Below, piece by piece: positions 26,342 to 39,877 of a DNA stretch of 64,000 nt; the stretch's first letter is position 1, and each line of letters starts with the position of its first letter. This stretch comes from Eledone cirrhosa (lineage: Eukaryota): assembly GCA_964016885.1 (NCBI GenBank), contig OZ024758.1:9548001-9612000 (forward strand), in the 5' to 3' direction. The notes beneath the pieces were generated by a model. The model did not search any database. It saw nothing but the letters and a program-made list of their open reading frames with translations, and was not told where the DNA came from. Made by a program: the position numbers and the translations under genes.

Positions 26342-26667
26342 CTCATTTCTCATTAAAATAATACATACATCATTATACTGTACTGTTCTTTCATGTTGTT
26401 TTTATTTTTCCTTGTTGACTTTTGTCTTAAGATATAGGTGTTTCTATATAGCCTCTATGTGGTTGTTCAATCTGCAAAAAATAGAAGCCAAATCTCCTTC
26501 AAATTCCAAATCACATCTTACCATCTCTATCACCCTAATAAAAATTTACTGTGGTGACCATAACCGGACCCTGAATCCAAGTGTTTGAAACTTTGTTTAT
26601 ACTATATATTTATGTCATCATCATCATTTAACGTCAATCTTCCTTGCTAGCATGGGTAGGACATATA

Positions 26668-26705
<38 letters not shown>

Positions 26706-27021
26706 CAAATAAAGATTCAGCAAGAATCGCATTTTCGGCGGGCAGGAAAAGCGAAGTGAAACGCAAAAATCAGAAATGATACTGGCAAAGTGCTCAATAG
26801 TTAAAAACCAGAGCTAATATATATATATATATATTTATATATATGATAGTTTATTTGAAGCATTTTTGAGTATGAAACTGAAAAGTCTGTTTGTTCAGAA
26901 AGCCATGCAGTGCAAATGGGTTACATTGCCAATTAAAGAATAACTGAAAGTTACCTTAGCAATTTAATAATATTCCGAAATTTTTTGGGCTTAACAATCC
27001 ATTATCAAGGTGGGGGCTTAT

Positions 27022-27055
<34 letters not shown>

Positions 27056-27458
27056 AAAAAAATTAAATTTTAAAAAACTAGGTATAAACTATGTAAAAGG
27101 TCTAAAGTAGCCATTTATAATTGTGAAACTTCACTTTATGTTATAAAGGAATTTGAATATTTTCAGCACAATAGCCAAAATTGTAAAAGTGAAGGGAAAA
27201 AAAAAATTGAAATTAAAAGATAACTAATTTTCTCTAGTATATTACAATATAGGATGTTATATATTTTATAGAAGATAAAATACTTATAGTAGAGTGAGAC
27301 ATATGTATTTATCAGAGATATCATCTTCCTCTAACCATGTTCTCTTAACAATATGTGCTTCAAATATCTTCTTTGCTTTCAGCAATTTCATGACTTTGTG
27401 CACACTTCATTGTCTAACTTATTTTCAATGCTAAAATTGATTTAGTCAAATAGAAATA

Positions 27459-27461
<3 letters not shown>

Positions 27462-27510
<49 letters not shown>

Positions 27511-28034
27511 CTATGTATGTATGTATGTGTATATGTATGTGTATATGTATGTGTATATGTATGTGTATATATGTATATACATACACATATATACATACAT
27601 ATATATATATATATATATACATGCACATATATATATATATATATATACATGCACATATATATATATATATATATACATGCACATATATACATATATATAT
27701 ACATGCACATATATACATATATATATACATGCACATATATACATATATATATACATGCACATATATACATATATATATACACATATATACATATATATAT
27801 ACATATACATACACATATATACATATATATATATATACATACACATATATACATATATATATATATTTACATGCACATATATATATATATATATATTTAC
27901 ATGCACATATATACATATATATATATACACATGCACGTATATACATATATATACATACATATATATACATATATATATATATATGCACATATATACATAT
28001 ATATATACATATATATATATATACATGCACATAT

Positions 28035-28078
<44 letters not shown>

Positions 28079-28108
28079 GCACATATATACACATATATAC
28101 ACATATAC

Positions 28109-28139
<31 letters not shown>

Positions 28140-28187
28140 TATATATATATACACACACACATACACACACATACACACACACACATA

Positions 28188-28268
<81 letters not shown>

Positions 28269-28375
28269 TGTGTCTGTGTATGTGTGTATACTTGTATGTG
28301 TGTGCTTACATCTGTGACTGAATGTGTTTTTGCTTGTATATGTGTATATATGTATATATGTATATATGTACATAT
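27462..28375. repeat. Compound (TA)n/(CA)n microsatellite
   Basis: Directly visible. Confidence 0.95.
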
Positions 28376-28771
28376 GCTTTAAGAGAAATTTAAATTGAGA
28401 ACAAGTCGTGTCATTTTGAATGAAAGAATGAACGGCACCAACAACAACAAAAAGAATAAAGAAAATAAAACAACAACAACAAATGTTTCTTTTGTCTTTC
28501 AACTTGTAATTAAATCAGTGACGTCTACAATGACGACAACAATAAAAGTGTACTTCTGTATTCATACAAAACAATAGGGGGGAAATTATTGAAACAGTAT
28601 TGAAAGTTGAGACATTGGCAATGAAACTGTTCGTAATTTGAGTTGATGTGTGTGTAGCAGGATCAGTAGAGCACCATAGTAAACGTTAGTGTTGGATTCA
28701 TTTGTTGGATTCATTTGTTCTGAGCTCTAATCTCACTGACGCCATTTTACTTTCTTTTTCATTTAAACAAA

Positions 28772-28834
<63 letters not shown>

Positions 28835-29017
28835 ATCCCGCCGAGGTTAACTTTGCCTTTCATCCTTCCGGGGGTCGGGGGAATAAAGTACCAGTAATGT
28901 ATTGGGTAATTGCTGGCCTTGTACCAAAAGTAGAAACAATTATTATTATTGGTGAGCTTCAGAAGATCCCGTTAAGTGTGAAAGCAGTGATTCTTTGCTT
29001 ATAACTTTAATCTGTTA

Positions 29018-29070
<53 letters not shown>

Positions 29071-29339
29071 ACTATATATATACATAATGTAACCTATCCT
29101 AGTTTCTGTGTAGAATCTTTTTGGTGTGTGGTGGTTATTAATGAATAACAGAACAGAAAATAGAATTAAACTTGATTACTCAATGCTTTCTAAAAGATCT
29201 GGACAGTGGAGTGTCTTACATTGTATGTGTGTAAGTGTGAAACAACAGTAATTATGTTAAATTTAATCTAAGACAATCGGCAACAAATATTTATGGTGGG
29301 TTCATGTTTGTTGATTAGTAATGCTCCAGCTTAGGAATC

Positions 29340-29732
29340 AGAAACAAACATCAGATGAAAAAACGACTCTTCTATGAGGAGATAGAGTTAGCGGGTTGCT
29401 AGTTTGTGCTGCCGAGGTGTGATTGGTTGATGTGGCAATGGTGGGTGAGAGGGGAGTTGGGACATGGTGAAAGAGAAAAGGAAATTTTGAGATGAAGGAG
29501 AAAAAGATGTGACGACGACGACGATCTATGAAAGGAATTAATGGATTAGGCATGGTTGGGTTTGAAGGAAACAAAAGGAGATTACATTACTTGACAGAAA
29601 ACACGATAAGAATAATGAACCGTAACCGAGATAATTTTGGATTGAAATGAAAGGGTCTTTAGCAAGATAGCATGGCAAAAAAAAAAAAAACGCTTGCAGA
29701 AGGAGGAAAACGAAAACTGCATAGTGGAAACG

Positions 29733-29735
<3 letters not shown>
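29340..29735 (-). promoter_or_regulatory. Possible promoter/first non-coding exon region
   Basis: Non-repetitive, locally CpG-enriched segment; possible minus-strand donor CAA|GTAATG near 29591; ATTGG/CCAAT at about 29422. Confidence 0.2.
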
Positions 29736-29772
<37 letters not shown>

Positions 29773-30148
29773 GGGATAATATTTTCAAAATACTCAAATA
29801 TAGAATTATATAAAAATAATAAAGAATTTAATATTTAGTCAAACATCAAGAAAAATAAAGTATATTTCGTCTTTCCATAGTTAAATGTAACACTGAAACA
29901 CATAAGTAGAATAATACTACATAAATTATACATTAAAATGGGAACAATGAAATAGAATAAAATAAAATAAAATAAAACAGAAATTCTAAATATGGAGTCT
30001 CGATAACGATTTCATTTCTTAAATAATCATTTCATTTTTCTATTTCAAATGAAATAAATTGCCTATGGGTTTCAATTAATTTTGAAAATAATCAAACATT
30101 CATAGAAATTAAATAAGTTTTTCATTAGTAAGCTGATATTTACATCAT

Positions 30149-30331
30149 TACGAGGGTCAGCTGAAAAGTTCATAGGCTGACCAAGATACTCTCATGGAAT
30201 GACCAAATGAGGTTTATTTTTCAACATAGTCCCTGGAAAGAAACAATGCAGTTATTAATTAGAAGATTTGAAATTAATACATGGAAGATTTCACAGCTCT
30301 AGCATCCTTCCTTCATAGTTAGCCTCTCATA
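30149..30331. mobile_element. Tc1/mariner-like MITE
   Basis: TACGAGGGTCAGCTGAAAAGTTCATAGGCTGACC left end. Confidence 0.75.
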
Positions 30332-31259
30332 TAATGTAGGATTTGTACTTAGAATATAAAAAGTTGTAACTAAATACTGCAAAGCATTTTATTTGATGCT
30401 CTACCAACACTGCAAAACTACTGCCCTCTCTATCACAATTAATAAGAGTAATAACAAGAATTTTATTTGATATATGTTGGTTTGTTTTCTATTGTATTTT
30501 TCTACCTAAACTGGATGTGTTTTGCATGGAACATGTAGTAATGTAGGCTATAAATATTTCAATCTACATTACATATCAGTGATATGTAATTACCTGAGAA
30601 CTCTGATGAAAATAAAGTAGTTTGATTAGATTTGCTGTGAAAATCTTACAATGAAATTACAAACCTATGAGATTCACTAGACACAAACTATTTTGATCAT
30701 GCTGTGCAAAAAAAAAAAAAAAAAAAAATCCACTTGTTTTCATAAGTTTGCTCAACCAGGGCTAACATCTGTTACTTTCCTGGAGAACTTCCACCATTGA
30801 TACCATCAAGGCTTTTGCATTGATGGAACTTTCTCTGACATCAATTCTCATAGGTCTGAGCTCAGCCAATTTTTAGACACTTTTAACTCTTTTGTTACCA
30901 ATCCTCCAAAAACTGGCTCTCAAATTTCTCAGACATAAAATAGTGGGGTCGACTTATATTTGAGTATATACAATAATTTGAAAATAATTAAAAAATTAAT
31001 GGAATTAGTAAAATACCAGACTTTGTCATTATTAAAACTGATGTTTGGAGCATACAATAAAAGGTTTTTGCATAAAATGATGATGGATGGTTTTGATTTA
31101 AATACAAATAACTTAAAAACAGAGATTGGGTTAGGGGAATTTGTTAACTCATTTATGAACATATTTCTAATTAAATATTTTGAAAATATTTAAAATATTT
31201 GTTCTACTTCATTCTACTTACCTTTGAACTGTCCCCACTACACTAATGTCAAGTTTGTT

Positions 31260-31860
31260 GTATAGTTATAGTATAGTGAAGTTATAAGCAGTGTTTTTAT
31301 AGTGTTTTATTATAGTATAGTTATAGTATAGTGTGATTATAAGCAGTGTTTTATTATAGTATAGTTATAAGCAGTGTTTTTATAAAGTACTTTATTGTAG
31401 TATAGTTATAAGCAGTGTTTTTATAAAGTACTTTATTGTAGTATAGTTATAAGCAGTGTTTTTATAAAGTACTTTATTATAGTATGGTTATAAGCAGTGT
31501 TTTTATAAAGTACTTTATTGTAGTATAGTTATAAGCAGTGTTTTTATAAAGTACTTTATTATAGTATGGTTATAAGCAGTGTTTTTATAAAGTACTTTAT
31601 TGTAGTATAGTTATAAGCAGTGTTTTTATAAAGTACTTTATTGTAGTATAGTTATAAGCAGTGTTTTTATAAAGTACTTTCTTATAGTATAGTTATAAGA
31701 AGTGTTTTATAAAGTACTTTATTATAATATAGTTATAAGCAGTGTTTTTATAAAGTACTTTATTATAATATAGTTATAAGCAGTATTTTTATAAAGTACT
31801 TTATTATAGTATAAGCGGTGTTTTTATAAAGTACTTTATTATAGTATGGTTATTTTAAAG
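31260..31860. repeat. 41-bp minisatellite
   Basis: Unit TATAGTTATAAGCAGTGTTTTTATAAAGTACTTTATTGTAG, containing the palindrome ATAAAGTACTTTAT. Confidence 0.9.
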
Positions 31861-32304
31861 TAGTTAGTTATAAATTGTGCTTTTTTACACCTGTTTATTT
31901 CTGTCCACAGATCACTATATTTAGTTTACATATAATCCACTATATTTTTTCATCTGTTCTAGAGAAATTAATGGACTGTAGCAATGAAAATATTAAAGCC
32001 TACGAAATGAAGAATAATTCACTGTAGACTCATGGTTTTAACAATTTCTCACACATCTTCCCACCTCTTTAGCATTGATTTAAAAAAAAACAAAAGAAAA
32101 AGAGGGAAAATTTTCTTTGGCTTGATTTTTCTCTTCTCCAAATGTTGATTTAAATAATTCTATATTTGTTTCTCACTGACCTTGACATATTTACCTTTGT
32201 TTTCATTCTCTGCTGTGTATTACCTCACTCCACACCCATCACCCCTCCCCCACCCCCTGTCTTACTGATTTCTTCTAATTTTAGCTATTATTTTCAATAG
32301 TCAA

Positions 32305-32900
32305 TGATGATGATAATAAGGGTTTCTGATTCAGGCAAAAGGCCAACAATTTTGTGGGTAGGAGAAAGTCAATTAAATCGACCCCAGTGTCTTACTGGTA
32401 CTTTATTTTACCAACCCCAGAAGGATGAATGGCAAAGCCAACCCCAACAGGATTTGAACTCAGAACATAAAGGGTCATAACACCCTGCCATGTTGTCTGA
32501 TGCTCTGCCAGCCCCCTATTGGTTTGATTTAGGCACAAGGCCAGCAATTTGTAGGGAAGGGGAAAGTTGATTAAACTGACCCCAGTACATTACTGGTACT
32601 TTATTTTAACGACGCCGTAAGGATGAATGAGATTTGAACTCAGAATGTAAAGAGACATAGCTCTATGCTGTGAAGCATGTCAGATGCTCTACCAATAATA
32701 ATCTAATCATATAATTGTTTCTACTTTTGGCACAAGGCCAGCAATTATCCCAGTGTATTACTGGTACTTTATTTTATCGACCCCGTAAGGATGAAAGGCA
32801 AAGTTAACCTTGGCAGGATTTGAACTCAGAATGGCAAGGGCCGTAACTCTATGCGTCAAAGCCTGGCGTCCGACCCTCTACCGATACTGCCAATCCACCT
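32305..32900 (-). mobile_element. Cluster of 3 SINE A copies
   Basis: Old and young copies in tandem, same orientation. Confidence 0.8.
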
Positions 32901-33479
32901 ATGTTTCCCTTAGGCCCTATATAGTGACATGTGTTGCCACTAGTGCTGGCAGTTAATGTTGTATTTTAGTAATAATCTACTCTTTAGTCTAATGCTAATC
33001 TAGATTATATTTCATATATGTATTTTGTGTATTCAGATTCACTATTAAACCAATAAAGCCACATGTCACTTCATAGTATTAACATTGTAAACTTTTACAG
33101 CCATTTAAAAGTTTAGTATCATAAAGATGCTGGTATTGTGTAATAAACAATAATTTAGAGATTTTCTTATTTCTATTTTTAATCAGTTTTTTTTTTTTTG
33201 TTACCATTGCGTTTTAACATTTTAAAAAACTTTTTTGAAACATTTTAAAAACTTTTTTTTTTTAGATAATAGCCATTTTTATTATCTGAAAATTTGTCGT
33301 GACCAGAGATGATAATGTGGGCTGCATATAAAGCTTAATTAGTGCTAAGTCCCATATGGAAATATATATCTATTAGTTTAGACAATTAATTAAATAGCTT
33401 TGCTATCAATGTGATGTCTATTTGCTTTATTTTTCTTTTTTTCTTTTTAACTTTTTATGAAAACTGTATTGAAGGAAGA

Positions 33480-33770
33480 ATAAGCCAGATACTTTCCAAG
33501 GCTCTTTTGTTATGTGAATTAAAACTGTTATAAATACTGGGGCCTGATTGACCAGTTCCCCTTCGCATTGGTCTCAGTTGAGATCTCTGGCGTCCTTGGT
33601 CCCTGCACTGCTGATTTCCTCTGTAAAGTCAGAAAGACGGCACCCTGCTTGAGGAGGGAGCTCCATGAGGTTGGGTGGCTGTTGCAGAGGGTGTCTGGTC
33701 ATTCTCCCCAGTAACACTTTTGAGTTACCACTCAGACTGGGGTGTGTGACTGTCCTCCCCCCCCTCTCCC
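33480..33770 (+). pseudogene. CRE-clade non-LTR retrotransposon, restriction-like endonuclease C-terminal relic
   Basis: KYWGLIDQFPFALVSVEISGVLGPCTADFLCKV...EVGWLLQRVS/LVILPSNTF resembles the CRE motif FxPxAxETxGxxG...WLxQRxSxxxxRGN. Confidence 0.6.
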
Positions 33771-34019
33771 TTTCTTTCACTGCTTGATCCTTCTTTCTTT
33801 TTCTCCTTTTCTTTTTCTTTTTTCTCAGCCTAGTACTGGGATTGATTCTTCCTCTAAATCTCTTTCTCACTTCCTTTCTCTCAATCTCTCTATTCTTCTC
33901 TGGAACATCCACTATGTTTAAACCTGGAGAGGAGATGGGCTCCGCCAGGTTTTAAAATGTCCTAGAAATGCTGTATGTCACTATGGTGCCCCTAAAACTC
34001 CCCAGTAGTTACCGGTCCA

Positions 34020-34355
34020 CACTATACCATACAGTACCACACCATACCATACTATACAGTACCATACCATACAGTTCCACACCACACCATACAGTACCAT
34101 ATCATACCATACAGTACCACACCATACCATACTATACAGTACCATACCATACAGTTCCACACCATACAGTACCATATCATACCATACAGTACCACACCAT
34201 ACCATACAGTACCATACCCCACCATACCAGACCATACCACACTACACCACACCACACCACACTACACCACACCACACCACACCATACCACACCACACCAC
34301 ACCACACTACACCACTCCACACCACACCACACCATACCACATCATACCATACCAT
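34020..34355. repeat. Pentanucleotide satellite (CCATA/CCACA/CAGTA)n
   Basis: Directly visible. Confidence 0.9.
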
Positions 34356-34429
34356 AATGTGAATTGAAATCCTGCAGTGGTTAATTATAAGGGTCATTAA
34401 AATGAAAACTCTGTCATATATTATGATCA

Positions 34430-34566
34430 GATTATTTGATCAGCCCCGTAAAGTTGAAGGGTAAAGCTAACCTTGGTGGGATTTAAACTCCGAACATAAA
34501 GGGCCTCAACTCAATGCAGCAAAGCATGGTGACTCTCTAACAATACTGTCACTCCACCACCCGATA

Positions 34567-34598
<32 letters not shown>

Positions 34599-35015
34599 GA
34601 TAATAATAATAATAATTGTTTCTACTTTAGGCACAAGGCCAGCAATTTTGCGGGTAAGGGAAAGTCGATTAAATCGACCCCAGTGCATTACTGGTGCTTT
34701 ATTTATCAACCCCATAAGGATAAAAGGCAAAGCTAATTTTGATGTATTTGAACTGAGAACATAAAGGGTCATAACTCAATGCAGCAAAGCATAGTGACTC
34801 TCTAAATATACTGCCATTCCACCGCCCTATATAATAATAATAATAATAATAATAATTGTTTCTACTTTTGGCACAAGGCCAGCAATTACCCAGTACATTA
34901 CTGGTACTTTATTTTATCGACCCCGTAAGGATGAAAGGCAAAGTTAACCTCGGCGGGATTAACTTTGCCTTTTATCCTTCCGGGGTCGATAGAATAATAA
35001 TAATAATAATAATAA
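34430..35015 (-). mobile_element. Cluster of SINE A copies
   Basis: Three copies separated by (AAT)n tails. Confidence 0.8.
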
Positions 35016-35333
35016 TGTTTTCTTTATTAACCACAAGGGTTCACATAAAGTAGACATTAAGGACAGTACAGGACAATACAGGACGGCACAAATGGGCATT
35101 TCTGCGTGTAAAAATAATAATAATAATAATAATAACAACTAATTGGATTCCTGGTTGTTGACAATAATTAAGACAATAACTTCTGTCATATTTGTATAAT
35201 GAAACAATTCTGTTAAAGTAATTTATTAGCTGTAAATGGATAAATGAGAAGCCAAATGTAATTGCTTTTATTTCACTTCAACACCTAATAACATTAAAAT
35301 CATTACAGTGTTATATCACAGCTCTGATACTAT

Positions 35334-35572
35334 GGACACGTGGTTAGAATGTCTCGGGGAAAGAATCACTGGACAGATTTTATGGGCAAAACCAGCTGGC
35401 AGGAGACCCAGGGGTAGATCCCGAGCAAGATGGTTGGATAACATCGATGAGATTGGCTGGTCCCACTTGGGGATCCAGCCAGATCAGGTTGCTTCTGACA
35501 GGACCTGCTGGAAGGAGTGTTTAAGGACTCTGCCCTCACAACCCTCTTAGGAATAAGTGGGCAAAGAAGAAT
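35334..35572 (+). pseudogene. RTE-clade LINE 3' end, same family as 13783-14490
   Basis: GHVVRM...ERITGQILWAKPAGRRPRGRSRARWLDNI...DRTCW, followed by GTGGGCAAAGAAGAA. Confidence 0.8.
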
Positions 35573-37015
35573 TTAATACTTCTTTATATACAATGTTCAG
35601 TGACAGATTTTCCTCTTTGTTTTCCTTGGTTTTAACTGCCCTAACAAAAATATTAGTTAATTTCTTAGCTCTAGAGAATGTAGCATTTAACTGTCCATGA
35701 CTAAATACTGATTGTGATAAATAAATAAATCCATATCTTAATAATTGTTTGAAGTGAGGTACACTTGGCTGTTGAGAATGAATTGTGTTGGTTACTGAAC
35801 AGTTGTTTGATACTTGGCCATCCACTCTTTCATTCACTTAACATCTAAAACGGGCTAAGAGAATTACCTGCTAAGAGAATTACCTCTTTCCTATTATAAC
35901 TCTTTTGATGAGTTAATAAGGCAAAATAAAGTATATGTGCAGCCAGTCACTTTTGATACTTTTTCATTAAAGATTTTTCACATCTAAAAACACAAGACAA
36001 AAACCTTGCTCACTTTTATGTTGTCATTTAACTCTGTCATAATGAAATTGCTAATGAAATTATACTGCCTATGTGTTTTAATTAATTTTGAAAATAATCA
36101 ACAATTTAGGAGGATTCATTAAAATAATGAACTTTGCTATATAAAGTTGGTATGTGAAACATAAAGTATCTTAAGAAAAGATCCTTTAATAAAATGAAGG
36201 AATGTTTTAATTTAGATATAAAATAGTTTTAAAACTGTGGCAGACTTAAGTGGGTCTATAACAAGAGGTTTCAATATGAAACTTGTTGCTTTAACCCTTT
36301 CATGGTGAAATTACTGATGAAATTACACTGCCTATATGTTTTAATTAATTTTGAAAACAATCAAATATTTTGAGGAGTCTAGTAAATTAATTAAATTTTC
36401 CATTATTAAGTTGCTGTGTGGAACATAAAAGGTTTGTACATAAAATTACATGGGAATATACTTAATTAAAAGATAGTTTTGTATTATAGATACTTGGTCA
36501 CAAGTGGTAAGATATTAAAAGGGTTTAAACATCTTCCGAGAATCTAAACTACTTAAGTGGACACTGATCTCTAAATTCTGTTTTAGATAACTGACCACTG
36601 TTTGAGAGATATCACCTCTCAATCAAATTAGAAAATTAGATAATGAAAGCAAATATATGTGGTTGAAAATCAGCCAAATTTCCCTCCAATCACACTCTTC
36701 CTAAAAGAAATGGAGTTTCTATTACAAGAACATCTTAGATTAGTTGTTTTGCTTGATATAGCTAAACACCAACTAGAAACTTAGACAATAAGAGAACCTG
36801 TACATGGTTAGATGACTTGCTAGAAATGGTAGCCAGCTTCTCATACACTGCTATCTTAAATAAGGGAGGAGCTCATTAGATAATGTAATCTTAAATAACA
36901 CCAAAAAGATGTGATGGTCATAACTGGAATGCTTTTGTAAAACTGAGTTTCATAAAGACTTTTGTTTTCCATTGTCATTTATCAGTATATTAAGACTTCT
37001 TATTTCTTGTCCTGC

Positions 37016-37396
37016 TTAACCCTTTACCATTTACATTACTCTATATATACTACGCCATGCTTTGACGCATAGAGTTACGGCCCTTGCCATTCTGAGTTCA
37101 AATCCCGCCGAGGTTAACTTTGCCTTTCATCCTTACGGGGTCGATAAAATAAAGTACCAGTAATGTACTGGATAATTGCTGGCCTTGTGCCAAAAGTAGA
37201 AACAATTATATTTTCATGGAAAAGGCTTTACCTCACATAATTATCTCATAATATTGAATCTAACAGATTTTGATATTTATTTTGAGAACAATACCTTAAC
37301 ATCAGTATGAATGTCCAGTTATGTCCAGTTACAGCTGGTTTGAACAGAAAGAGGTGAGAGAATTCTGGTCGGATACAGCCGGTTTAAATGCTAAAG
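37016..37396. mobile_element. piggyBac-like MITE C containing a SINE A (about 37053-37207)
   Basis: TTAACCCTTTACCATTTAC left end, TAAATGCTAAAG partial right end. Confidence 0.75.
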
Positions 37397-37600
37397 CCCA
37401 CCTTTTTCTCCAAGCCACTCAATTCTCTCCCTTTCAATCACTCTCTATTTGCAAGTCATGGAAGTGTAATAAACACCTAATCCTCCCACTCTCCTTTTAT
37501 TGCTGTCATTCACTGTCATTTGACACCTTTTTACTACCATCTTCCTATCATAACAGCAAATAAATACATATTGCTAATTATTATATGTGATTATTATTTA

Positions 37601-37708
37601 ACTTAACTTTGTCTTTTTTTCTTTTTTCAGGTAAGTTGCTTTTGCATCAAATAACTGGAATTAATTCTTTAGCTATTTCCATGGATTATAACAATCAGAA
37701 AAGTAAGT
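37601..37708 (+). other. Strong 3' splice site fused to a 5' splice site (AG|GTAAGT) with a downstream donor: recursive site or 72-nt exon
   Basis: Branch-like ACTTAAC, about 20-nt pyrimidine tract, CAG|GTAAGT at 37630/37631, second GTAAGT at 37703. Confidence 0.5.
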
Positions 37709-38433
37709 CTTATATTTGTTTTGTACATTTATTTAAATATTATAAAAAATGTAATATTTTGCCAAACATACAGAAAAAGAAATCAGCATTGGAAAGGACT
37801 ATAGCTGCCATAAATGAGAGGGAAAGAGCAAGGACTGAGAAACTAAGTATGGTATAGAACTCTGCATCAGTTTGGATGGTTTACAAACTAGTTCCACTTC
37901 TATTTTGAACTGTAATGGTATCTTTCTGTAAAAGCAACTGCTCCAACAAAAAATATACTATTCCAGCATGAGAAATGAGATGTAAAGACAGATCCACTCC
38001 AATACAGCCATCCACACACACAGGTTTAAAATGCCCAAACACCCAAGACATACCATGTGTCAGGAGAGTGCCCCCTATTAATTCATCAGGAGTTAACTGC
38101 CTTTTACTTTATATATAGAGCCAAGTCTTATTTTCCATAGAAATAAATTTTTAAATGTAGACAAATAAATATTCTACTAAAGGTATTTTTTAGAATAATT
38201 ATTCCAACAATATATAAAATATTCAAATTTGCAAGAAGTATTCCACAAATGGGGAATATATATCACATATATCAAATATGTGAAAGAACACAAATTGTGT
38301 AGTTGAATAATAAAATGAATATGGATTCAATAATTTTCCTTGCTATAATAGAAAAATGATTGAATAATATTGACATAAATCAAAAAAGATAATTTAGTTT
38401 TGTGAAATCAGACACTTATGTGAGCCAAAACTG

Positions 38434-38699
38434 TTAAACCCATTTGTTAACATATTTCTTAGGAAAGACAATGCTTATAATGCTTTTTAAATAATTTTGA
38501 AAATAATCAAGAATTTGGACAGATTTAGTAAAATAACTCATTTTCTCGTTATTTAGCTGGTGTTTGGAAAACAACTTAAAGGTTCTTACATAAAACCAAG
38601 ATTAATTTCTTTTTTTTTAGATAAATATAAGCACTACCAAATTTTTTTGTATAGATGAACCAAGAGTGGTTTCAGGTGGTTTGGTATTGAAAAGGTTAA
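38434..38699. mobile_element. Older TTAA-flanked MITE (family G)
   Basis: TTAA ends with AAAAGG-TTAA; internal AATTTTGAAAATAAT motif shared with copies near 1006, 5694, 10361, 30882, 36028, 47612. Confidence 0.6.
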
Positions 38700-39877
38700 T
38701 TAGAATAATTTTGCATAGAGAGCCCGTTACATTGTTGCAGATTAGTAAAGGAGCTTCTGTGTAGTCACTTAAATTGCCTTATGTTGCAGATTTTGCTTTT
38801 ATCCATAAAAAATTATAGCTGACTTTGTTTTTCTTCTTTTAAATTTTGATAAAGTATTATTAGTTATGCTCTGGTCAGATTCTGTTGAATAAGTACTTCT
38901 TCTCCCACCACATAATTGATCATCAATCTAGTCTTGAAGCATCCAGTTATCTTTTTATGTTTTAAGTTTCCATCTTCTCAACATATATTATTTAATTCTT
39001 CTTTGAACTTACAGCTAGCTGAGAGATCTTTCAATTTCCATAACTTATTTCTCTAAATCTTCTTGTGTATCTAGGTCTGTGTAGCTTTTACTTTGATGCT
39101 ACTAATCACTCATCTATAACAGTGGTACATTTTTAAGCAAGGAAAAGACTTAGTATTCACAATCATCTATTTTATTTCCTGGTGAATATTGAAGTCTGTC
39201 TTACATGTTCACATGGTTTGTAGACTGGCTTGTTGTGTTAGTGTTGTTGAAAATTGTTTGGTCATTTACATCCTTGAACTGCAAGAGACCGTTTATTCCA
39301 CATACTATGAACATAGCTTCAATCATCATCATCACTGTTTAATGTCCATTTTTCCATGCTAGCATGGGTTAGACAAGTTGTCCTGTTGTGAGACAAGCCA
39401 GATCAGATGATCGTGTCTTGCTCAGACAGAACTGATTCTGGCTTGGTTTCTATGGCTGGATGCGCTTCCTAATGTCAACCACATTCACGGTGTGTACGAG
39501 GTGTTTTAGTTGTGGCACCAAAGCAACCACTATTGTCTAGTTGCTTAACATATCCATTAAACTGCCCAGCTGTGATAACCAGGCTGTTGTCATCTGTTAT
39601 AAGGTAGTTCTTGTACACAACTGCCAGTCCTGATTATGGCACATATCCAGAGATAGCTGTAGTGATCAAGTTAAATATGACTCTCTCTTCACTTCCTTTA
39701 GTGATCGACAAGATCTGACATCATTTGCTTACTAAGTGGGGTGGAACTCATCAAATTGGGCCAAGGAAACAATATTTCCATTGGTCTTTCTATTGCTGAT
39801 ACTCTCTCCTCCTTGTTGAGTTGTTTGGTGTCTATTTTCTGCATCTGAAAAGGAGAGAGTTGCTGTGATTGTTTGAT

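Noticed and set aside
30602-30650. CTGATGA...GAAA motifs (also near 928 and 49875)
   Set aside because: No convincing stem I or stem II pairing.
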